Shown here: positions 52,679-60,351 of the stretch, piece by piece
Layout: the number at the start of each line of letters is the position of its first letter
Position numbering within the stretch: the first letter of the stretch is position 1
Assembly (NCBI GenBank): GCA_015521085.1
Contig: WAOW01000003.1
Span: 31,904 to 95,903 of the forward strand
DNA length: 64,000 nt
Direction: 5' to 3'
Origin: Candidatus Thermodiscus eudorianus
GTDB taxonomy: Archaea > Thermoproteota > Thermoprotei_A > Sulfolobales > Acidilobaceae
Notes under the pieces: generated by a model
Seen by the model: only the letters and a program-made list of their open reading frames with translations
Databases searched by the model: none
Told to the model about the DNA's origin: nothing
Translations under genes and position numbers: made by a program

Positions 52679-53779
52679 TCACATTTTGATGTACCGCCTC
52701 AACTTCTCGGCTACGAGCCTGACATCGCCCTCGCTATTGTATAGGTGGATCGAGACGCGTATCCCGCTCAAGCCGGCTTGACCCCTAGCGCTCACCGCGA
52801 TACCATCCCTGGCCAGCTCCCTAACCACCCTCCTAGCCAGGCTAGGCTCTACCCTCAGGGACACTATGCCGCTGTGACGGCTCTCAGGGTAGTAGTCCTG
52901 GAACGTCTCAATACCGTAATCCCTCAAGAGGTCAAGCAACAGATTCCTGAGCCCCGTTATATAGCTCTCAACACCCGCTATTCCTATCCTGGAGAGGAGC
53001 CTTAGGGTTGCCTCGAAGGCGGCCAGGTCGGGCACGGATAGCCCTGTGGGAGCACTATAACGGTGGCCATCTTCCCGCAGGCTCTGCAACGGCATGGCCT
53101 CCTTACTGGCGTCGTTCCAGTACTCGTCCCAGTCATAGATGGCCAGGTTGCCTAGCCCGTGGAACACCGGGTCGAACCCCATCATCTCCCTGGAGACAAC
53201 GCACACGCCCAGCCCGGCGTGCGGGGTGAGCAGCCACTTCTTCACCGAAGCCGCGTAGGCGTGGGCCGACTCCTCGCCCTCCCTCAAGGATAGAGCGCCG
53301 AAGTGCTGTACAGCATCGACCACTACTAGCGCATTCCTCTTCCCGGCGTAGCTGATTATACTGGCCAAGTCTGTCCTGTACCCGGTGACCCATGTCACTG
53401 CCGAGACTACGACGACCTGGGCGCCGTCATCTACAGCGGCTTTAACCGAGTCCTCCACAGTACCTCCATCATAAACCCTGACCCTGCATCCTTTGAAGCG
53501 GCAGCCCGACCCCAGGGCCCTGGCTATACCCGGGAACTCCTCGAAGGATAAGCCTATGAGATCCGTATCTGGCCTCGACAGGGCTAGCCTGTAGATACAG
53601 TGTGTCGTCGACTCTCCGACGCCTATGCTAGCTGGGTCGAAACCGTAGAGCTCGCTGAAGCGTTTGGTGATAGAGTCGATTAGGCTGTACTTGGCGGATT
53701 CCGCCTTGGATATGTTGCCTGCGTAGAGTTTTGAGGCCTGGATCATGGCGTCTATGGACTCTCTCCACGCGAGTCCCAT
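52679..53779 (-). CDS. class V aminotransferase-fold PLP enzyme (cysteine desulfurase/selenocysteine lyase-like)
   Basis: 366 aa with VVVDAVQHFG and a putative PLP-lysine in ASVKKWLLTPHAGLGV. Confidence 0.6.
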   Translation of the reverse strand: MGLAWRESIDAMIQASKLYAGNISKAESAKYSLIDSITKRFSELYGFDPASIGVGESTTHCIYRLALSRPDTDLIGLSFEEFPGIARALGSGCRFKGCRVRVYDGGTVEDSVKAAVDDGAQVVVVSAVTWVTGYRTDLASIISYAGKRNALVVVDAVQHFGALSLREGEESAHAYAASVKKWLLTPHAGLGVCVVSREMMGFDPVFHGLGNLAIYDWDEYWNDASKEAMPLQSLREDGHRYSAPTGLSVPDLAAFEATLRLLSRIGIAGVESYITGLRNLLLDLLRDYGIETFQDYYPESRHSGIVSLRVEPSLARRVVRELARDGIAVSARGQAGLSGIRVSIHLYNSEGDVRLVAEKLRRYIKM

Positions 53780-53903
53780 GGAGGCCGTGTTGAGATACGC
53801 CTTGTAGTGGCTTGCCGCAGGAAACTCCCTGGACGAGTCTAAACCCGGTCACCAGTTCAATATGGAGCGTTGTCCTTCCTAATTAAGCCCCCGCGGGGGG
53901 TGG

Positions 53904-54698
53904 TTGATGATACTATACATATATCCCTGCTCCAGGCCGTATCTCTCATGGTGTATAGCCTTGCCCCAGGAGGGTTCTAGACCCCTGTATCCTTCCGCCC
54001 CGTGGCTCTACTGGGATGTCGAGGCCGTCATAGCCCTTGTAACCTTCAACGCTGAGAGCGTTAAACCGCTCCTGCCCGAGGGCGTCGAGGTCCTCGGAGA
54101 CCAGGTTATGGGCGCCGTGTGGATTGCCCGCTATCCCAGGTCGACTCTAGGCCCCTATAACGAGGCGTTAATCGCCGTCCAGGTCTACGTGGGGGGAGAA
54201 CCCAGGTTCCTTATACCGTACATCTATGTTGACAGTGATGTCGCGCTCGCCGCTGGCAGGGAGGTGGCTGGCGCCCCCAAGAAGTACGCTGATATCGGAT
54301 TGGAGTGGAGTGGCCGTAGCGTAGTTGGCTGGGCTCGTAGGGCTGGCATGATGATTAGGGTGGAGGTCTCCCCCGAGTATGCGGCTTCTGGCGATGTCCT
54401 TGAGGCACTCTTGTCTAGGGATGGTACTCCCCTCTTGAATGTCAGGGAGTTGCCCGGGGTTCCTGGGGGAGGCTCTGTGAGGGACTTGGTTGCGTGGCGT
54501 GCCAGGGTATGGTTCCATAGGTCCATGGGCGGCGGCGTGTTGAAGGCTTGGGCCGGCCCCTCTAGGGTCGAGCTTGTGGGTGGGGTTGAGGATCCCGTTG
54601 ACGGGTTGGAGATAGTTGACGTTGTAGATGGGTTCTATGCCTTCTTCGACATGGAACTATCGGTTGATAAGGTACTGTGGAGGCGTGTAGAGGGTTGA
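53904..54698 (+). CDS. acetoacetate decarboxylase (ADC) family protein
   Basis: About 264 aa. YPSAPWLYWDVEAVIALVTF plus the ...GPYNEALIAV...EVAGAPKK pattern resembles the ADC fold family. Recognition is moderate only. Confidence 0.45.
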   Translation: MMILYIYPCSRPYLSWCIALPQEGSRPLYPSAPWLYWDVEAVIALVTFNAESVKPLLPEGVEVLGDQVMGAVWIARYPRSTLGPYNEALIAVQVYVGGEPRFLIPYIYVDSDVALAAGREVAGAPKKYADIGLEWSGRSVVGWARRAGMMIRVEVSPEYAASGDVLEALLSRDGTPLLNVRELPGVPGGGSVRDLVAWRARVWFHRSMGGGVLKAWAGPSRVELVGGVEDPVDGLEIVDVVDGFYAFFDMELSVDKVLWRRVEG

Positions 54699-55930
54699 TG
54701 GCTAGAGGAGCCCTCCTAGAGGAGACCTTCTACCCCCACGACCACGAGACCCGGCTCTACAGGAAGAGCATAATCGAGTGGTCAACCACCCACGTCGAGC
54801 CCAACGCGCTGAGACTCGACAGGATGAGGGAAGAGGACGTCCTAGAGGAGGCTAGGAGGATCATAAAGGCCTCAAGCGAGGTCAGGATGCTGAGCCTAAT
54901 AGTCCCGGAGGACCTAGGCGGGGCCGGAGCACTAACCTATCTGGGCTCCAACGTGCTAGAGATACTAGCATACTACGATGCCGGAGCCGCAACTAGCATA
55001 GGGGCTGTGTGGCTCGGCCTCCTACCAGTATTCACCGCCGGCGTGCTCGACGGAGGCGAGTCGTGGAAGAGGTGGCTTAAGCCCTTCGCGGAATCAGACG
55101 AGGCCGGAGACCCACAGGTCTGGGCGTTCGCGATAACAGAGCCAACCGCTGGCAGCGACTACGAGAGGATCGAGCCGGGGTCTAAGCCGGAGTATGTGAC
55201 CGTCGCCGTGCCCGATGCCTCCGGGGGCTACAGGGTTAGCGGTAGGAAGGTCTTCATATCCAATGGGCCCATAGCGGATTATGTCACAGTGTTCGCCGTC
55301 GCCGACAAGAGTAGGCCCATCGAGTCGATGCTATGCCTCATACTGGAGAGGGGCGAATTCAAGGTTGAAACCGTCTACGACAAGATGGGCCATAGGAGTA
55401 GCCCCACCGGCGAGCTGGTGTTCGAAGACGTGTCCGTGCCGCCCGAGAGGGTGCTGTGCCCTCCGGGCATGGGATGGGAGATAGCGGAGATAACGCTATC
55501 CTATAGCCGGGCGCCTGTGGGCGCGATAGGCCTCGGCATAGCTAAGAGGGCCCTGGAGGAGGCTATAGTGTACGCCAAGTCCAGGGTGCAGGGCGGGAGG
55601 CCCATAATAGAGCACCAGGCCGTCAAGATGAAGATAGCCGGGATGATCGAGAGGGCCTACCTGGCCGAGAACACGGTGTATAACGTGGCCAAGCTCCTGG
55701 AAGAGAAGTTTCCACCGCCCATCGAGGACTCCAGCGTGGCCAAGGTAGCCGGGGCAGACGCGGCAGTCTACAATGCACTAGAGGCCATACAAGTATACGG
55801 TGGAATCGGCTATATGCGTGAGACGGGTATAGAGAAGCTGCTCAGGGACGCTAAACTCGTACAGATCTATGAGGGCACGAACGAGATCAACAGGCTAACA
55901 TTCACCGAGAGGTTCACGAGCAGGATATGA
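54698..55930 (+). CDS. acyl-CoA dehydrogenase
   Basis: AFAITEPTAGSD, a C-terminal QVYGGIGYMRETGIEKLLRDAKLVQIYEGTNEI with the catalytic Glu. The ATG at 54698 overlaps the ADC stop (TGATG). Confidence 0.85.
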   Translation: MARGALLEETFYPHDHETRLYRKSIIEWSTTHVEPNALRLDRMREEDVLEEARRIIKASSEVRMLSLIVPEDLGGAGALTYLGSNVLEILAYYDAGAATSIGAVWLGLLPVFTAGVLDGGESWKRWLKPFAESDEAGDPQVWAFAITEPTAGSDYERIEPGSKPEYVTVAVPDASGGYRVSGRKVFISNGPIADYVTVFAVADKSRPIESMLCLILERGEFKVETVYDKMGHRSSPTGELVFEDVSVPPERVLCPPGMGWEIAEITLSYSRAPVGAIGLGIAKRALEEAIVYAKSRVQGGRPIIEHQAVKMKIAGMIERAYLAENTVYNVAKLLEEKFPPPIEDSSVAKVAGADAAVYNALEAIQVYGGIGYMRETGIEKLLRDAKLVQIYEGTNEINRLTFTERFTSRI

Positions 55931-56005
55931 GTCCAGCCCGGAGGGGCCTATACCACCCGTAATTATCCCCCGGGCACGCCAGGACTCCGTGGAGGGTATC
56001 GTGTC

Positions 56006-57043
56006 GTGGAGTGTGTATACGACGTATTCACTAATAGGCCGATAGGGGAGGAGATGAAGGGCCTCCTCCAGGGATATCGGATCTATGCTCCCGAGGAGCC
56101 TCTAAGCGGGGCTAGGGCCTGGGAGATCGCCAAGAGGTCTAGAGTCTACATAGACTGGTTCGACCCAGTAACCAGCGATATGCTACAAGACAAGGGATGC
56201 CTCCAGGTAATCATAGCCAGGAGCAGCGGATACGACCACATAGACGTAGAAGCCGCGGAGTCCATGGGAGTCTGCGTGGCCAACCAGCCGGAGATCATCA
56301 CCGAGGCGGTCGCAGAGTTCGCAGTGGGAGGTATACTGGCCGCGCTCAAGAGGATAGTCGCCAGGCACAACTACTTCCCCCAATGGGCCACCAAGGGCTG
56401 GCCAACCCACCTCTCCGGCTTCCTACTACGGGGACGCTCCCTAGGCCTACTCGGTGCGGGGAGGATAGGGCAGAGCATTGCACTCAAGTTGAAGGCGCTT
56501 GGCGCGGGCAAGATACTCTATTATTCGAGGACAGCCAAGCCCGCCCTAGACGCGCTCGGCGGCAGGAGGGTCCCCCTAGAGGAGCTATTCGAACACTCCC
56601 AGATACTAGTAAACTCCCTGCCCCTGACAAGGGATACAAGGGCCATCGTAACCTACAGCCTCCTAACGCGCCTCCCCATGAACGCCGTCTACGTCAACGT
56701 CGGTAGAGGCGGTACCGAGGAGCCTGGGGCCGTGGAGAGGGTGGCTAGGGAGAGGCCCGATCTAGGCTTCGTCCTAGACGTGCACCCGGTCGAGCCCGTG
56801 CCGGGTGGAAGCGATAGGACTGGCTACGTGGGGGATCCCAGGTTCGTGCTGGCTCCCCACATGGCTGGTTTCACCGTTGAGTCGAAGATCGGCACCACGC
56901 TGCTGGCCCTGCTCCAGGCGAGGGATTTCCTGCGCTGGGGCTGTGTCTGGAACCCTGTAGTTGATTGCTGTAGGAGGTGTAGCTGGGGTGCCCCGGAGCT
57001 TGATAAGGTGATTGATATGGCTAGGAGGATCGCTAGGGAGTAA
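56006..57043 (+). CDS. D-isomer-specific 2-hydroxyacid dehydrogenase (glyoxylate/hydroxypyruvate reductase-like)
   Basis: NAD motif LGLLGAGRIGQSIALKL, then VNVGRGG and APHMAG. Confidence 0.8.
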   Translation: MECVYDVFTNRPIGEEMKGLLQGYRIYAPEEPLSGARAWEIAKRSRVYIDWFDPVTSDMLQDKGCLQVIIARSSGYDHIDVEAAESMGVCVANQPEIITEAVAEFAVGGILAALKRIVARHNYFPQWATKGWPTHLSGFLLRGRSLGLLGAGRIGQSIALKLKALGAGKILYYSRTAKPALDALGGRRVPLEELFEHSQILVNSLPLTRDTRAIVTYSLLTRLPMNAVYVNVGRGGTEEPGAVERVARERPDLGFVLDVHPVEPVPGGSDRTGYVGDPRFVLAPHMAGFTVESKIGTTLLALLQARDFLRWGCVWNPVVDCCRRCSWGAPELDKVIDMARRIARE

Positions 57044-57090
57044 CCTCTTTTATCCCGGGGGCGTCCCGGTAGTGTTATGCATGATGAGTT

Positions 57091-58011
57091 TTGAATACGT
57101 CGATGAAGAAGGTCGAGGTTTACTCGTCCCTGGACGAGTGTGGGAAGCTGGAGGAGTTCCTCGACGAGGAGAGGATCTACTGGTATCGCGAGGAGGCCTC
57201 GCTTGCCGGTGGATCGAGTGTCTGCAAGTTCACGTTCTACGCTCCCGTGCAGGCGCTTGCCAGGATACTCGATGGGATAGCGGGGCTGCTCGATCTCAGG
57301 AGGAGGGAGAATCTCGTCACGGTGTTGGACGTCGAGACTGGCCTGGGCAGGCCGTACAGGGTCACGAGCAGGAGGTTCCTACCCTTTATACGGGCCTTGA
57401 TCGCCAGGCCATTAACTGCCCTGCAGGAGGAGGCTGGCGAGAGGGCATACTATTCCGTAGGCCAGGTCTTCCTGGTGCTCCTGGCGTCGTTAATAGCGCT
57501 GGGTGGCCTCGTTAGCGATAACCCATACATGATAATAGGGGCCATGCTGATCTCGCCGATACTTGGGCCCATCTATGCATTCTCCGTGTCCCTCGTCCTC
57601 GGGCCCAGGAGGAGGGCTCTAGACAGCGCGGTAACCCTCTCCACTCTACTGGCGGTGGCCTTTGTAGCCGCGTTGGCTGCGAGTATGGTCTCGGAGCTGG
57701 CCGGGCTCGGGGTCCCGGTTACCCGGGAGCTCTTGGCTAGGACTAGGCCCACGGGCCTGGATTTGGCCGTGCCTCTATTGCTCGGGATAGCTTCTATAAT
57801 TGCGGTCTCGTCCAACACGACGGAGGCGTTGGCCGGCGTCGCTATAGCCGCGGCTCTCGTGCCCCCGGCGGCGGCCCTGGGGTGGCTTCTCCCCGTGGAT
57901 GCCCGGCTTGCTTTGGGGGCTCTTGGGGTCTTGTCTCTTAACGTGGCTGGCTTGCTGGTGGGAGGGTCCCTCACCGTTTTCCTCGCCGTGGGTAGGGCTA
58001 GGCGCGTCTAG
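57091..58011 (+). CDS. DUF389-family membrane protein
   Basis: 306 aa with IIGAMLISPILGPIYAFS, the typical DUF389 motif, and several TM segments. The start is uncertain (TTG 57091 or the ATG a few codons later). Confidence 0.65.
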   Translation: MNTSMKKVEVYSSLDECGKLEEFLDEERIYWYREEASLAGGSSVCKFTFYAPVQALARILDGIAGLLDLRRRENLVTVLDVETGLGRPYRVTSRRFLPFIRALIARPLTALQEEAGERAYYSVGQVFLVLLASLIALGGLVSDNPYMIIGAMLISPILGPIYAFSVSLVLGPRRRALDSAVTLSTLLAVAFVAALAASMVSELAGLGVPVTRELLARTRPTGLDLAVPLLLGIASIIAVSSNTTEALAGVAIAAALVPPAAALGWLLPVDARLALGALGVLSLNVAGLLVGGSLTVFLAVGRARRV

Positions 58012-59174
58012 GAGGAGGTTGCATTGCTTATTGTTTCTGGCTTGATTGTCGTGGTCCTCTTCACATACTTCTGTAGCCTCTCTAGGTCCACGTCTACTCC
58101 TATGCCCGGCTTCTCGCGGACCCTTATCTGTGAGTCCCCGTCTAGCTCCCAGGGCTCGTCCACGATGTCCTCCTCGTAGTACCTGCTACTAGCGCTTATG
58201 TCCGAGGGGTAGCGCACGCCTGGCAACGTGGCTAGCGCCACGAGGTGTCCCCGGCCTACGCCGGTCTCAAGCATTCCACCTATCCAGACAGGCCTGTGGG
58301 CTTCCATACTCCATACCTCGTGGATCTTGAGGGACTCTATTATGCCCCCCACCCTACCCGGCTTGATGTTTATTATCTTGGCGGAGTCCAGGCGTAGAGC
58401 AGCTACGGCTTCCCGCCGGGATTTTATGCTCTCGTCGAGGCACACCGGGGTCTTGATCATCCTCTGGAAGTCCGAGTGCTCAAGCAGGTCGTCGTAGTGG
58501 AAGGGTTGTTCTATCATGAGTAGATCGTAGTCGTCTAGCTTCTTCAGATGCGGCGCGTCTAGGAGGGTGTAGGCGGCGTTCGCATCCACCTGCAGGGGGA
58601 GATCGGGGTACTCCCTCCTCACCCTCTCGACTACACCAACGTCCCATCCCGGCTTTATCTTGATCTTGACCCTCCCGTACCCGGCTTCGAGGTACCCGGA
58701 TATAGCCGCTAGCAGCTCCTCGACGCTACCCTTGATGCCCACGCTAACCCCTACGCTGACCTGATCCCGGACGCCGCCGATGAGCCTGTAGAGGGGGACC
58801 CCCTCCTGGCGAGCCCGTAGATCCCATAGGGCCATCTCGATGCCGGCCTTAGCCATGTTATGGCCTCTAACCCTCTTGGCGCGCTCATAGAACTCCCCTG
58901 GGTCTGCTGTGCCGGGCAGCATCTTGGACAGGAAGTCTACTATCACGTGCCACGCCGTCCACACCGTCTCGTAGGAGTACCAGGGTCCCTCCCCCGCTAC
59001 GACCTCGCCCCACCCGCTTAAGCCCTCTTCATCCACGACCTCGACTAGGATCGCTGGTCTTAGGGACGTGGCTCCGAAGCTTGTGCGGAACTCCGCCTTC
59101 AGGGGCATCCATACCTCGTATAGCCTCACGAGCTTTATCTCGTGCACAGGAACTCCAGCCCTCCCCAGGCCCAT
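58008..59174 (-). CDS. enolase-superfamily MLE-subgroup enzyme (o-succinylbenzoate synthase / N-acylamino-acid racemase type)
   Basis: KIKIKPG (KxK), LQVDANAAY, MIEQP, CLDES and NIKPGRVGG. I placed the start at the ATG at 59174 (the track ORF extends to 59288). Confidence 0.8.
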   Translation of the reverse strand: MGLGRAGVPVHEIKLVRLYEVWMPLKAEFRTSFGATSLRPAILVEVVDEEGLSGWGEVVAGEGPWYSYETVWTAWHVIVDFLSKMLPGTADPGEFYERAKRVRGHNMAKAGIEMALWDLRARQEGVPLYRLIGGVRDQVSVGVSVGIKGSVEELLAAISGYLEAGYGRVKIKIKPGWDVGVVERVRREYPDLPLQVDANAAYTLLDAPHLKKLDDYDLLMIEQPFHYDDLLEHSDFQRMIKTPVCLDESIKSRREAVAALRLDSAKIINIKPGRVGGIIESLKIHEVWSMEAHRPVWIGGMLETGVGRGHLVALATLPGVRYPSDISASSRYYEEDIVDEPWELDGDSQIRVREKPGIGVDVDLERLQKYVKRTTTIKPETISNATSS

Positions 59175-59330
59175 AGTGGTTGAACGACTCGGGTTCTTAA
59201 CTGGTTTCCTGAGAGGGGCCTCTGTGAAGGGCGTGGTCATCATCGCCGTGCTCGGCGGGGTTGGATGGCTCCTCGTCACAGGCCCCATAGAGGATCTGGA
59301 GGATATTAGGTGTAGTAATTCATTAAGGGC

Positions 59331-60185
59331 TCACTTGCATTCCCTGCGTGTTAGTGCAGCGGCGATTAGATCTGCATAGACTCCTAGGTGGCTGGCTAGC
59401 TTCTCGGCTATGAGCCTCCTGGCCTTCTCGGGCTTGTAGGCACGGGGTATCCATCCTATGAGCCATAGTAGGCTGTCTAGGTTTAACGGCGGTATCCCTG
59501 ATCTGGCCGCTACCTTGTTCCAGGCCTCTACCGCCTTGTAGGGGTTTGAGAGTATCCTCTTGTAGCTGGACGCCTCTAGTAGCCCGCTGGTGTATGTTAT
59601 GCATGATATCCTCAGGTCTATGGGCATCGGAACATCCCATGGGGCCGGGTGTGGCTCCTTGAGGGACCCTCTGACCGAGTAGTAGGCCATTTTGGCGGCG
59701 AAGGCTATGGTCTTGTTCCAGGTCTTTTGTTTCAGGGCTCTGGCTAGTGCCTGTGTCAGCCATGCCCCGCTCTTTAGTATGCGGTGCGGGTCTCTGAGCA
59801 GGATCTCCAGCTCGGTCCCGGCCCCTTGGACCACCCTTTGCACCCTCTTCTTCTTGGCTTCCCTTTGTATCGCTGCGCCTGGGCACTTCTCTAGGAAGCC
59901 TATCACCGCGTTTGCAGCGTCTACCGGTGTCTTGCCCATGGGCGTCTCCGTGAAGTGTCTGGCGTAGCAGTCCCACCATTCTTCTCCCTTCATTGTGAGC
60001 CTGTATGATACTAGGGCTGTGAGCGCTGCTGTGGCCGCTGCCCATCCTGTCGTGTGGGTTCCTGCTACTCTCGTGACCGCGTGGAGCTGGGGATCGGTTT
60101 CCTCTATGAGTAGTATTTTTTGAAGTCCTATCTTCCCGAGTATGCTGGCTAGTTCCTCGATCCTCTCAGCGTTCTCCATAGTCAA
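59331..60185 (-). CDS. archaeal GO-glycosylase (AGOG) 8-oxoguanine DNA glycosylase/lyase
   Basis: 284 aa, collinear with Pyrobaculum AGOG as I recall it: LTALVSYRLTMKGEEWW, KTIAFAAKMAYY, PMPIDLRI, and SGIPPLNLDSLLWLIG. Confidence 0.8.
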   Translation of the reverse strand: MTMENAERIEELASILGKIGLQKILLIEETDPQLHAVTRVAGTHTTGWAAATAALTALVSYRLTMKGEEWWDCYARHFTETPMGKTPVDAANAVIGFLEKCPGAAIQREAKKKRVQRVVQGAGTELEILLRDPHRILKSGAWLTQALARALKQKTWNKTIAFAAKMAYYSVRGSLKEPHPAPWDVPMPIDLRISCITYTSGLLEASSYKRILSNPYKAVEAWNKVAARSGIPPLNLDSLLWLIGWIPRAYKPEKARRLIAEKLASHLGVYADLIAAALTRRECK

Positions 60186-60351
60186 TCCCGGGTCTCCGCC
60201 CCTTTTACCGGGGCCTTCCGGGTTTATTCGTTTACTCGGAGGAGGTCCCCCATTGTGTATGTCTAGATGATGATATGCCTAGATAATCGTAGGGAAGGAA
60301 ATAAAAATTAAAAATTAATTGGGGGTTATGGTATGAGTTTATCCTTTCAAG

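Noticed and set aside
57078-57110. ATGATGA followed by GATGAAG, looked at as possible C/C' boxes of a C/D sRNA; likewise GATGATGA at about 60266-60273
   Set aside because: No CUGA D/D' boxes occur at the required spacing on either strand. The first lies at the start region of the DUF389 gene.
59323-60045. 240-aa same-strand alternative-frame ORF inside the AGOG gene
   Set aside because: Its Arg/Gly/Pro/Gln-rich translation has no motifs, whereas the other frame gives a protein collinear with AGOG over its full length.
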